In this document: positions 25,801 through 37,800 of the stretch, in pieces
Position numbering within the stretch: position 1 is the first letter of the stretch
How the letters are laid out: each line of letters starts with the position of its first letter
NCBI RefSeq assembly: GCF_004010195.1
Contig: NC_057719.1
Span: 12,723,872 to 12,787,871 of the forward strand
Source: Chiloscyllium plagiosum
Lineage: Eukaryota
Direction: 5' to 3'
DNA: 64,000 bases
The notes under the pieces: generated by a model
Told to the model about the DNA's origin: nothing
What the model saw: only the letters and a program-made list of their open reading frames with translations
Databases searched by the model: none
Program-made: the position numbers and the translations under genes

Positions 25801-27439
25801 CTGTTACAATTATGGCCCTTATTCTTGCTGTAAAAATTCCTTGGAACTGATAGATCTATGTGGCACACCATTTAAAACATATTGTACACTATATATTCAT
25901 ATGAGTTGACTTTATAATGCCTATTACTGAAAGACATTCAATGAATAAATTATCTTCAATTGCAGGAGACTCAGATGAGATCTTATTGGTTCCAGTTTCC
26001 AAGGGGCATTAAACATTAAACAGTAATAGCTTTGGTCACTATAGTCACAAGGTTTTATTTTGCAAATTCAGGACAGAAGAACATGAACGAATAGTTTAGT
26101 TTCACTGCAATGGTGGTGAATGACTATAACAGGTACTTGACCAAAGAAAAGCAATTCTTATTTTTTTAAAAATTCATTCGTTTGATGTAGGCATCAAGGT
26201 AGCATCAACATGTATTGTTCCCCCTCACTTGTCTGAATTTCCTCTGAAAAGCTGATGGTGAACAACTTCCTCAAACCATTGCAGCCTGTGTGTTGAAGAT
26301 GCTCCCACAGTGCTGTGAGATGGGCAGCTCCAGAATTTTCAGTCAGTGATGAAGAAGAAACAGTGATATATTTCTAACTAAGGACGGTGTCTGAATGGAT
26401 TCTTCCAGAACTTTGGAATCCACTACCTGAGCAAACATTCCAATTAACATGCAGTATAATTATATCAGCTCTTGGAAATGTCGGAAAATGTATCAATTCC
26501 AAGCCTGTATAATCCCGTCATTCTGCTGGAATTTATTTCTGTTATTGAATGAAACAGGAAATGAACTGAGATGAATGTGCTGTAAATAGGTCACTTATTC
26601 AATAATCTATAGAAATCCTAAACTGCTTCAAGCGTAATCCTCATCCAAGCACATAATTTCTTAACAAACAGGCCTTTGTCAACTGAATTAGTTTTTAGGT
26701 CTCTCCTCAAATTATTAATCTATTAATCTTGAAGTCATTTCTGACCTTACCCAATCTGTGAAAAAAACAGAAAGTTCCCTTTCACCATTGTTTGGATGTC
26801 GGATTTTCCCCTCCTCTGTCGATCAGTGTTCAGACCTCTTTTTAAAGTCTAATGTTTTAACACAAATTAGATGACATTTCTGGGTTGTTGAGTTAACTTA
26901 GGCCCATTAATGTGAAACATGTTATAATTGGGGATTTGAATGTTTCCCGTTGACCATGGAAGGACTAACTTTTGTATTCTACTGGGTGCTGTTTTTCATG
27001 GAAACACAATCTCGTTGTTCAGATGGACATGGAGGTCCCTCAGCACTAACTGCCGGAGCGCAAGGCATTTCCTTTGTCCATAACAACCATTCGTCCCCTG
27101 ACTAACTAAAAGTTTTTGCCATCTATTCATGTATCTGCAGTTATTCCCGACTTTCCAAAATTATTAATTTTAAGTCATCAGGATAGGGTAGATGCTGAGA
27201 GGTCGTTATCTTGGCTGGACAGGCCAGAACCAGGGGTCATAGTGTCACGATGAGGGGATCAGTATTTGTCAGAGGAAGAGAAAGTTCTTTGCTCAGAAGG
27301 TTGTGAATTGTTGGAAAGCCCCAGTCCAGAGAGCTGCAGATGCTCAAACATTGAGTGTAAACAAGACTGAGTTCAATAGGATCTTGGGGATGAAAGGAAT
27401 CAAGGGGTAAGGGGATAGAGTATGAAAAACAAAAGGTTA

Positions 27440-27672
27440 AAATTTAAGATAAAAGGTAAATTTACCTTAGTCCTACCAGACCAGAGGGCTCTTTTGAGAG
27501 AGAGAGAGAGAGAGACCACTGGTGTTACTTTAACCTAAGGGTCACCAAAGCCCAGGCAAAGGGAGAAGTTGAGAAGGAGAGTCTTTCATGGTAAACTCAG
27601 CCAGTGCAGAAATTGAACCCATGCTGCTGGCATCATTTACATCACAAACTAGCCAGCCAAACTGAGCTAAGC
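27440..27672 (-). mobile_element. Third tRNA-headed SINE family (GA-repeat internal)
   Basis: Reverse strand begins TTAGCTCAGTTGGCTGG...GGGTTCAATT (A/B-box like). Confidence 0.5.
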
Positions 27673-27714
27673 AACTAGGAAAATAAGATTGATGCTAAAA
27701 AAAAGTCATGAACA

Positions 27715-29810
27715 TAAGTAAGAGAAGCAAAGGGGGAGTAAGAAAAGAGACTGCAGCTAACATGAGAAGGAATGCAAAGTGTTCTGTAAGCATATAAATA
27801 GTAGAACTCTATCAACAGGACCTGGTTGTGTGCGAAATTACAGAGATACTCAGTTTCTCAACAATACAATAATGATTGTACTTCAGAATTTAAATGATTA
27901 ACTCAATGGCCTATTTAAATACTCCTTAAAGGAGTCCACAAGAAGGTGGTCTAGAAAGAGTGGTAAAAGGAGGAGTGGAACCAAAAAGGAGATTTACATT
28001 TGGAGGCAGAGAGTTTGGCTGAAGTGTTAAATGAATACTTTATTTGTCTTTCCCAAGGAAGGAGATGCTGCCATGTAATATTGAAAAAGTGAGGGGAGGA
28101 ATTAAATGGAAGGTTTAAAATATATCTGACGAGGTATTGGATGGGATGTCTGTACTTAAAGTTGACAAGGCACCAAGATTGGATGAGATGCTGAGGGATG
28201 AGAAATTGCAGAGGTACGAGCAATATTTTTTCTGTCCTCCTCAGACTCAGGATAGTGCCAGAGGACTGGAGTGTTACAAGCTTTTCAAATAAGGATGTAA
28301 GGATAAGCCAAGCTATTACAAACCGGTCAGTTTAACTTTGATGATTGGGAAACATCTACTAAATTAATAGTTACATGGATAGATGCAAGTTAATGTAAAA
28401 AAGAAATTTCTTAGGGGAAGGTCATGTTTAAGTAATTTACTGGAATTTTTGATGAGACAACAGAAAGTGTCAATCAGGAAAATGCTGGTGATGTGGGGAC
28501 AGAAATATCAAGAAGGCTTTCGATACATTGCTACAAAACACAAAGCAAATTAAGACCTAAAAATAAAACAAAGAAGTCCTGATGCTGGAGATCTGAAACA
28601 AAAAAAGAAATTGTTGGTGAAACTCAGCTGGTCTGGCATTATCTGTGGGCAGAAGGTAGAGATAACGTTTTGAGTCCAGTGACTCTTTATCAGTTAGAGC
28701 TGATAGAATAAAAGGGACATTAGTAATATCGTACAAAATTGATTGAGTGATATGAAATAGAGAATAATGGTAAATGCTTCACAGGGCTTAGTGAAAGTTG
28801 GTGGTGGAGTTCCCCAAGGGTTGGGATTGCATGCTTGCTTTTCCTGATATATATATATATTGCTGATCTAGGTCTTAGTGTACAGACCACAATTTCAAAC
28901 TTTGCCGATGATGCAAATATTGGGAGCATTGTATAACTGTGAGGAGAACAATGTAGAACTTTGAAAGTTCATAGGGAGAAAGTAGGGACTGCAGATGCTG
29001 GAGACCAGAGTCGGGAGTGTGGTGCTGGAAAAGCACAGCAGGTCAGGCAGCATCCGAGGAGCAGGAGAATTGACATTTCAGGCATAAGCCCTTCATCAGG
29101 AATTCCCTCAAAGTTCATAAACAAGTCAGTGCAGTAGTCAAATCGGTAGCAGATTTAAGTTGAAAACAGAGAATATGTTGTGAGACGATACATTTTGGTA
29201 GGACGAACATGGACAGAGAATACGAAATAATGAATATGAAATAATGGGTATGAGACAAAGGAGTTTACGTTGACTTTGAATAAAGCACTGGTTCACCTAT
29301 TGTTGGAGAACTGCATCCAGTTCTGGGACCCTCACTTTAGGAAGGATGTGAAAACATGAGAAGAGGTTAATGGGAATGGGTGAGGAATTTCAGTCTTGAA
29401 GATTGATTGGAGAAGTTAGGACTGTGTTTTCTGAAAACAGAGGCTGACAAGAGATCTCATTGAAATTCTCAAAATCATGAGAGATCAGGAAAGTATAAAT
29501 CCGAAGAAAATACTCCTGCTCGTGAAACAATCGAGACTGAGGGGGAACAGATTAAAAGTAATTAGCAAAAGAAACAGAAGTAATATGAGGAAAACTTTTA
29601 TTTTTGCACAACAAATGGCTAATGTCTGGAATGCACTGTCTGCGGTAGGTTCAATCGTGGCATTCAAAGGGGAGTTAGGTTGTTATTTGAAAAGGACCAA
29701 TGTGCAGAGTATGCAGAGAACGTGGCAGAATGGGTTTGAACATGAAGCTCATTTGGAGACTTTGCACAAATGGCCTCCTTCAGAGTTCTGTAGCCATTTT
29801 ATGATTCTGT
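27715..29810 (+). mobile_element. Highly decayed long CR1 ORF2, interrupted by Penelope-type repeats (about 28560-28695 and 28974-29109)
   Basis: Scattered motifs PEDW, YKPVSL, GRSCL, KAFD, SNFADDA and VWNAL. The family A insert has TSD AAAGTTCATA (28964-28973 / 29110-29119). Confidence 0.7.
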
Positions 29811-30924
29811 AAACCAGGTTGCTTACAGTTCTCAGAGGGTGTGGGCATCACTGAATGGTACACTAAACCTTTTCATTGTCCTGGCTCTGGGGTCACATGT
29901 AGGCCAGTGAGGGCAATAATTTTTCTTCAGTTTGACGGCATTAGGGCCCCTTTTGAGGGACAGGAAATAACCGCTAACCAGCCAGCGATGTCCACATCCC
30001 GCAAATGAATAATATTTTTAAAAACTAGCTAGCCCAGCAACATTACCGCAACACGCCGCCTGCCAAAAATGGGAGCCTACTCTTTAAGAAACACTACATA
30101 CGTGTCCTGAGCTCATGAAATGCACTGTATAAATGTCAGTGCAAAGGGCAAAGAAGTTTCACAAAGAGCACTCTGAATTTGGAGTGGTTGAATTGTCAAG
30201 ACCATGAAGTGAAGGAATGTTAAAGAACCGAACGGGGAGAAGATTAGGAGCTGTACCCTGCTGACTCAGTCCAGCTACTGCCCAAGCCAGGAACCCAAAC
30301 AGAGGACACTATCTCTTTAAGAGTAAATCAGGAGTTGGAGACAAGCTGCATCAGTAAATAATTTGTGCTGCAGAACTTTCCCTAATAACGATTAGAAAGC
30401 CGATTTAAACGTAGACGGATGCCACAGGATTGCAATGTTAATGAGACTCAATAAAAATAAAAAAAAAGCCCACGGAACAAAATCGAGCAGCAGCTGTTTG
30501 GTTTTTAATCTCTAATGGTTAGATCTGCCCTGGAATAGGATCGAGCAGCATGCAAACAGCGGACTAAAATCTTAGCTTAATCTACAACATTATTACTGCC
30601 TCTTCCTTATGCATGTAAATCAAGACCAAGTCGTTTTAACTTCTGGGTGGAGTGTTTAAAATCAACCATAAACTTTCAGACCCGATTAGGTTGGGGATAT
30701 AATCCTCAAATGTTGTCTTGTTAACTCTGTAAGTGCCACAAAGAATCCATCAGCACGAAGAGGGGGTTTTGACATTGTTGGTAATACACTAAATGCAACT
30801 TGGTATCACATCGTCAAACTCACCTCAATAGAGCTGCTTCAGTATTTCTGTTCTATTCGTTCTTCACTTCTTTGGTACCCATTGTTTAATATTTCCTCAT
30901 TCATTCTCTGTTACTGTTTTGTGC

Positions 30925-31730
30925 ATTTATTTTTTATTCCCATGCTTTCTTGAACCGCTGCAGTCCACATGCTGTGGGTTGACCCACAATGCCATAAGGG
31001 CAGCAATTCTCTGATTTTGACCCAACTACAGTGAAGGAATGGTGACAGTTCCAAATCAGGATGCTGGTGTTCCCATGTATCTGCTGCTCTTGTCCTTCTT
31101 GATGGAAACGGTTGTAGGTTTGGAAGGTGCTGTGTGAGGATCTTTGGTGAATGTCTGCAGTGCATCTTGTAGATGATAAGCACTGCTGCTACTGGGAGAG
31201 AGTGGATGCTTGTGGATATGGTGCTGATCAAGCAGGCTATAAATGGTGTCGAGTTTCTTGAGATTTCAAATTGCACTCATCCACGCAAGTGAGGAGCATT
31301 CCATCACACTCCTGACTTATGCCTTGGACAGGCTTTGGGGAGTCAGGTGGTGAGTTACTTGTTGGACAGGCTTTGGGGAGTCAGGTGGTGAGTTACTTGT
31401 TGCAGTATTCATCACCCGCTGATTGCTCTTGTAGCCACTGTATTTATATGGCAACTCCAGTGAGTTTCTGGTCAATGGTAAGCCCCAGGATGTTGATAGA
31501 GGGGGATTCAGTGATGGTAGCACCATTGAATATGCAGGGACGGTGGTTAGAATGCCTCTTTTAGAGATGGTCATTGCCTGGAAATTGTATGGAATGAATG
31601 TTATGTCACATTTTGACCCAAGTCTGGATATTGTCCAGATCTTGCTGCATTTTGACATGGACTGCTTCAGTATCTGAGGAGTCGCAAATGGTGCTGAAAA
31701 TTGTGCAATCATTGTTGAACATCCCCACTT
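30925..31730 (-). mobile_element. L2/CR1-group LINE 3' fragment
   Basis: Minus-strand ORF pieces ACLISTISTSIHSL..AAVLIIYKMHCRHSPKIL.QHLPN.QP.PSRRTRAAD; 31-bp local duplication at 31325-31400. Same family at 8245-8445 (+) and 26170-26395 (-). Confidence 0.65.
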
Positions 31731-32245
31731 AGAGTCATAGAGATGAACAGTATGGAAACAGACACTTCAGTCCAACTCGACCATGCGGATCAGATATCTT
31801 AGATAACTCTAGTCCCAGCAATTGGCCCTGTAAACCTTCCTATTCATATACCCATCCGGATGCCTTTTAAATGTTGTAATTATACCAGCCTTCACCACTT
31901 CCTCTAGCAGCTCATTCCATAGAAGCACCACTCTCTGTGTGAAAAGGTCCCTTTTAAATCTTTCCCCTCTCACCTTAAACCTATGCCCTTTAGTTCTGGA
32001 CTCCTCACACCTTAGGGAAAAAAAGCTTGTCTATTTACCCTATCCATGCCCCTCATCATTTTATAAACCTCCATAAAGTCACCCCTCAGCCTCCGATGCT
32101 CCAGAGAAAATAACCTTAGCCTATTCATCCTCTCCTTGTAGCTCAAACCCTCCAATCCTGGCAACATCCTTGTAAATTTTTTCTGAACCTTTTCAAGTTT
32201 CACAACATCCTTCCCACAGCAGTGAGACCAGAATTGCACACGGTA
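31731..32245 (-). mobile_element. CR1/HER1 LINE 3' end
   Basis: ORF 32012..32239 (-) QFWS..KDVVKLEKVQKKFTRMLPGLEGLSYKERM. Confidence 0.85.
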
Positions 32246-33177
32246 CTGATGGAAGGAAAGTAATTAATGAAGCTGTGGAAGATTGTTGGGCCAAAGGCAC
32301 TACCTTATAATCTGTGTGCTAGAGTTTGTACATATGTTTACATGTAAGTGTGTATGTATATAATATATGCATATTATGTATGTTTGTTTGAGAATGGACA
32401 TAAGGGCACAGATAAAGAGCTGGAGTAAGACAAGGCCCAACCCCTTAAGCTTGCTTCACAATTCAACGTGATCACCATTGACCTTAACTCCATTTCCTCA
32501 CCCAACCTTCATAACCCATTATTCCCTTTGAGCCCCAAGATCTAAATCAGCTTTGAATGGAAGCAATGGAGGAGCATCCACAACCGTCTGGTGTTGGAAA
32601 TTCCAAAAATTCAGATACCTTTGAGGTAAGAAATTCTTCCTCATCTTAGTCTTAAGTGATTCCTACTGTATCCTAAGACTGTGTACTCAAATTTTAGATT
32701 CTCTTATCAGGGAAACCAACCTCTCAGCATATACCACTACACCCCAAATTTTATTTATTTGAATGTGATCTTCACTTATTCTTCAAAACTCACAAAAGTA
32801 TAGACCTGAATTATTCAACCTCTCATCATCCCAAGAACTAATGTGAATCTTTGCAGTGTTGATATGAAATCAAGTATATCCATCCTTTGATAAAGAGACC
32901 AGAACTATGTACAGTACCCGATCTCTATAAAACGTTATACAACTCAGCAAGACTTCTTCATTCTTGTACTCAGTTCCTTGCCTTCTTAACTCTTTGTAGT
33001 AGATATAACTATCTAGAGTTTCAAAAGGCCTTTGGTAAGGTACCCCATGATAGACTGATGGATGAGGTCATGGAATGTGGATTCAGGAGGCAAGTGGCAT
33101 AGTGGATTGCTAGTTGATTTAAAGGCAGAAGCAGAGAGTGGGGATACGTGCTAGTTATTCAGAATTATTCAAAATGT

Positions 33178-33482
33178 GTGGGCGGCACGGTGACACAGTG
33201 GTTAGCACTGCTGCCTCACAGAGACCCGGGTTCAATTCCCGACTCAGGCGACTGACTGTGCGGAGTTTGCACATTCTCCCCGTGTCTGCGTGGGTTTCCT
33301 CCCACAGTCCAAAGACATGCATGTCAGGTGAATTGGCCATGCTGAATTGCCCGTGATGTTGGGTAAGGGGATAAATGTAGGGGAATGGGTGGGTTGCGCT
33401 TCAGCAGGTCGTTGTGGACTTATTGGGCTGAAGGGCCTGTTTCCACACTGTAAGTAATCTAATCTAATCTAATCTAATCTAA
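33178..33482 (+). mobile_element. HE1 SINE
   Basis: Full head with a (TAATC)n tail. Confidence 0.9.
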
Positions 33483-33602
33483 TTAGGGACTGCTGTTGTT
33501 TGAAGCCTGCATTAATAATTTAGATATTGCAATCTCAAACTCAGCTTCCAAATTTGCCGATGACAACAAATTGATTGATATGAGTGAGACTGCACCAAAT
33601 TA

Positions 33603-33913
33603 TAGATTAGATTAGATTAGATTACAGTGTGGAAACAGGCCCTTCGGCCCAACAAGTCCACACCGACCCGCCGAAGCGAAACCCACCCATACCCCTACAT
33701 TTACCCCTTACCTAACACTACAGGCAATTTAGTATGGCCAATTCACCTGACCCTGCACATCTTTGGATGGTGGGAGGAAACCGGAGCACCCGGAGGAAAC
33801 CCACGCAGACACGGGGAGAACGTGCAACTCCACACAGTCAGTCGCCTGAGGCGGGAATTGAACCTGGGTCTCTGACGCTGTGAGGCAGCAGTGCTAACCA
33901 CTGTGCCACTGTG
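33603..33913 (-). mobile_element. HE1 SINE
   Basis: Reverse complement of the HE1 consensus with a (GATTA)n tail. Confidence 0.9.
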
Positions 33914-34819
33914 CACAGTGTATAAGAGAGTGTATTAGCAGAATTTGGTAATTTATCTGAATTGGAAATTCAGAGGCCCAGACTAATGACTTCAAAACCA
34001 ATTCAGACTGAACTGTGGCAGCTGGTGGAATTTAAGTTCTTTAATAATCTCTGGGATTGAAGATAAACAGTCTTAGAAATGGAAGCAATTAGACCAACAT
34101 CAGTTGACGTAAAACCCCATCCGGCTCACTCATATCCTTTATGGAGGGAAATGTGCCATTCTTACTTGGTTTTGCATACACCTAATTCCAAAATAATGTA
34201 TTTGACTCTAAAGTGGCCTAGAAACAGTCTCTCATCAACTGCAGCTAGTGATGGACAACAAATGCTAGTAATGCACTGGCCACGTCCATGAAAGAATTTT
34301 AAAATGTCACAAAAATGGGAATGCAATACTGTCATGGACTCGTTGAGCCATGTGACCTCCTCCAGTGTGCTACACTCTATATCAGCACACTCACTTTATA
34401 ACTCTGGTTTTCACTCCTAATGCAGAGGTGTAACGTTTCCTAGCTCTGCCAACTCAGTTGCATTTTTACTCAAGGTGATGTGCTTCCTTAGGATGCAGTC
34501 TGGGCAACTTTGGAATGAGGGCTGCTGTCGTTAGATGCGGGCCAGCTGCAAGGCACGATACTGCTGTTTAATAAAGTAAAGAAACCAAAAATGTCCTTAC
34601 AGACCTCAACCTTCACATTACCTCCATGTCACACACATCCTATTTCTCATCCATATAATTTCATGCCATCTCATGCTCTTTATTCCGTCCTATGCCCCTC
34701 TATCACTCCTATTTTCTCTACGCCTATCTCCCAATCCCATGCACACTTGTATACCCTATGCTATCTTATGCCCCTCTGCCCAATCCTATGGTTACTCATT
34801 GACCTGTATCATATAGGTC

Positions 34820-37800
34820 AATGAAAGAATAGGCAGGATGAATATGTGGCTTGAGAGATGGTGCAGCAGGGTGGGTTCAGATTTTTGGGTCATTGGGACC
34901 GGTTCTGGGGAGGTGGGACTATTTCAAATTGGATGGTCTACACCTAGGCCGGACTGAAAACAATGTCCTTGGGGGTGCTTTTGCTAACACTGTTGGGTAG
35001 GATTTAAACTAATGTGGCACAGGGATGGGAACCACCTGAGGAGGTTAGTGGACAGTAAGGAGGTAGCAACTAAAGCCAGTAAGGAACTAGATAATGAAAT
35101 CAGCATGACTAAGGGGAAAAGTAGGCAGGCAGCAGATGATGAACGCAAAGGGACAGATGGCCTGAGGTGCGTTTGTTTTAATGTGAGAAGTGTAGTAGGT
35201 AAGGCAGATGAACGTGGGCTTGGATTAGTACCTGGGAGTATGATGTTATTTTTATTCCTGAGACTTGGTTGAGGGGAGGGAAGGGCATGATTGGCAACTT
35301 AATATCCCAGGATATTGATGCTACAGACAGGATAGAGAGAGAGGTAAAAGGGGTGGAGGAGTTGCATTACTGGTCAGAGACGATATCACAGCTGTGCTGA
35401 AGGAGGGCACTATGGAGGACTTGAGCAGTGATGCAATATGGGCAGAGCTCAGAAATAGGAAGGGTGTCATAACAATGTTGTGACTGTACTACAGGTCTCC
35501 CAACAGCGAGCATGAGATAAAGGTACAAATATGTAAACAGATTATGGAAAGATGTAGGAGCAACAGGGAGGTGGTGATAGGAGATTTTAATTTTCCCAAC
35601 ATTGACTGAGATGGTACACTTTCATTTATTGGTCAGAGTATTGAGTACAGGAGTTGGGAGGTCATGTTGTGGCTGTACAGGACATTGGTTAGGCCACTGT
35701 TGGAATATTGCATGCAATTCTGGTCTCCTTCCTATCGGAAAGATGTTGTGAAACTTGAAAGGGTTCAGAGAAGATTTACAAGGATGTTACCAGGGAGGAT
35801 TTGAGCTTGAGAGGTTGAATATACTAGGGCTGTTTTCCCTGGAGCGTCGTAGGCTGAGGGGTGACTTTATAGAGATTTATAAAATTATGAGGGGCATGAA
35901 TAGGATAAATAGACAAAGTCTTTTCCCTTGGGTTGGGGAGTCCAGAACTAGAGGGCATAGGTTTAGGGTGAGAAGGGAAAGATATAAAAGAGACCTAAGG
36001 GGTAAATTTTTCACGCAGAGGGTAGTATGTGTATAGAATGAGCTGCCAGAGGAAGTGGTGGAGGCTAGTACAATTGCAACATTTAAAAGACATCTGGATG
36101 GGTATATGAATAGGAAGGGATTGGAGGGATATAGGGCAGGTACAGGCAGGTAGGACTAGATTGGGTTGGGATATCTGGTCGGCATGGATGAGTTGGACCG
36201 AAGGGTCTGTTTCCATGCTGTACATCTGTATGACTCTAGTGTTAGAGATCTAGATGGATCAGAATTTATAAGGAGCATCCAGGAGCGTTTTATAGAGCAC
36301 TATGTAAATAGTCCAACTTGGGAAGGGGCCATATGGAACCTGGTGTTTGGGGAATGATCCCAGCCAGGTGGTTGATGTTTTAGTAGGGGATTACTTCAGT
36401 AATAGTGATCACAATTCTGTAAGTTTTAGAATACTCATAAACAAAGATGAGAGTGGTCCCAAAGGAAGAGTGCTAAATTGGGGGAAGGCCAACTATAGCA
36501 AAATTTGGCAGGAGCTGGTGAATGTGGATGGGGAGTAGCTGTTTGAAGGTAAATCAATGTTTGATATGTGGGAGGCTTTTAAAAAGAGGTTAATTAGAGT
36601 GCAGGACAGACATGTCCCTGTGAAAATGAGGGATAGAAATGGCAAGATTCGGGAACCATGGATGACAAGTGGAATTGTGAGACTAGCTAAGAGGAAAAAG
36701 GAAATATACATAAGGTCTATGCAACTGAAAATAGACAAGCTTTCAAAGAATATTGGGGAAGTAGGACCGATCTGAAATGAGAAATTAAGAGGATTAAAAG
36801 GGGTCATGAAATATCTTTAGCAAACAGGGTTAAGGAAACCCCAAAGCCTTTTATTCGTATATAAGGAGTAAGAGGGTAAGTAGAGAAAGGGTGACCCACT
36901 CAAGGACAAAGGAGGAAAGTTATGTGTGGAGTCAGAGAAAATAGGTGAGATCAGTAATGAGGACTTTACATCGGTATTCACTGAGGAGAGGGATGTTGAG
37001 GTTAGGGATAGAGGTTTGATCACTATAGGTCAAGTTGACATAAGGAGAGAGCAAGTGTTGAATATTCTAAAAGGCACTAAGGTGGACAAGTCCCCAGGTC
37101 TGGATGGGATCTATCCCAGGTTCCTGAGGGATGCAAGAGAGGAAATAGCTGGGGCCTTAATAGATATGTTTGCAGCATCCTTGAAGGCGGGTGAAGTCCA
37201 GGGTTTGGAGGGATATGTGCTGGGTGCTGGCAGGTGGGACTAGATTTGGCTGGGATATCTGGTCGGCATGGACGAGTTGGACCGAAGGGTCTGTTTCCAT
37301 GCTGTACATCTCTATGACTGGAGAATTGTTAATGTTGTCCCCTTGTTTAAAAAGGATAGCAGGGATAATCCAGGTAATTATAGACCAGTGAGCCTGATGT
37401 CAGTGGTAGGGAAGCTACTGGAGAAGAGGGATAGGATCAATTTACATTTGGAAGAAAATGGGCTTATTTATTTGAATTTGAATTTATTTATTGAATTTAT
37501 TGTCACGTGTACCAAGGCACAGTAAAAAGCTTTGTCTTGCAAGCAATACAGGCAGATCACAGAGTTAAATAGCATAGATAAGTAAATAAAAGGTAAACAG
37601 CGACAAAAACAAAGACACAGGTACAGGCGAATGCTAAGTGTTTGTGAGTCCATTCAGTAATCTAACAACAGTAGGGTAGAAATGTTTCAAAACCGGCTGG
37701 TGCATGTGTTCAGGCTTCTGTACCTTCTCCCCGATGGTAGAGGTTGTAGAAAAACATTGCCAGGATGGGATGGATCTTTGAGGATCTTTGGTGGCCTTTC

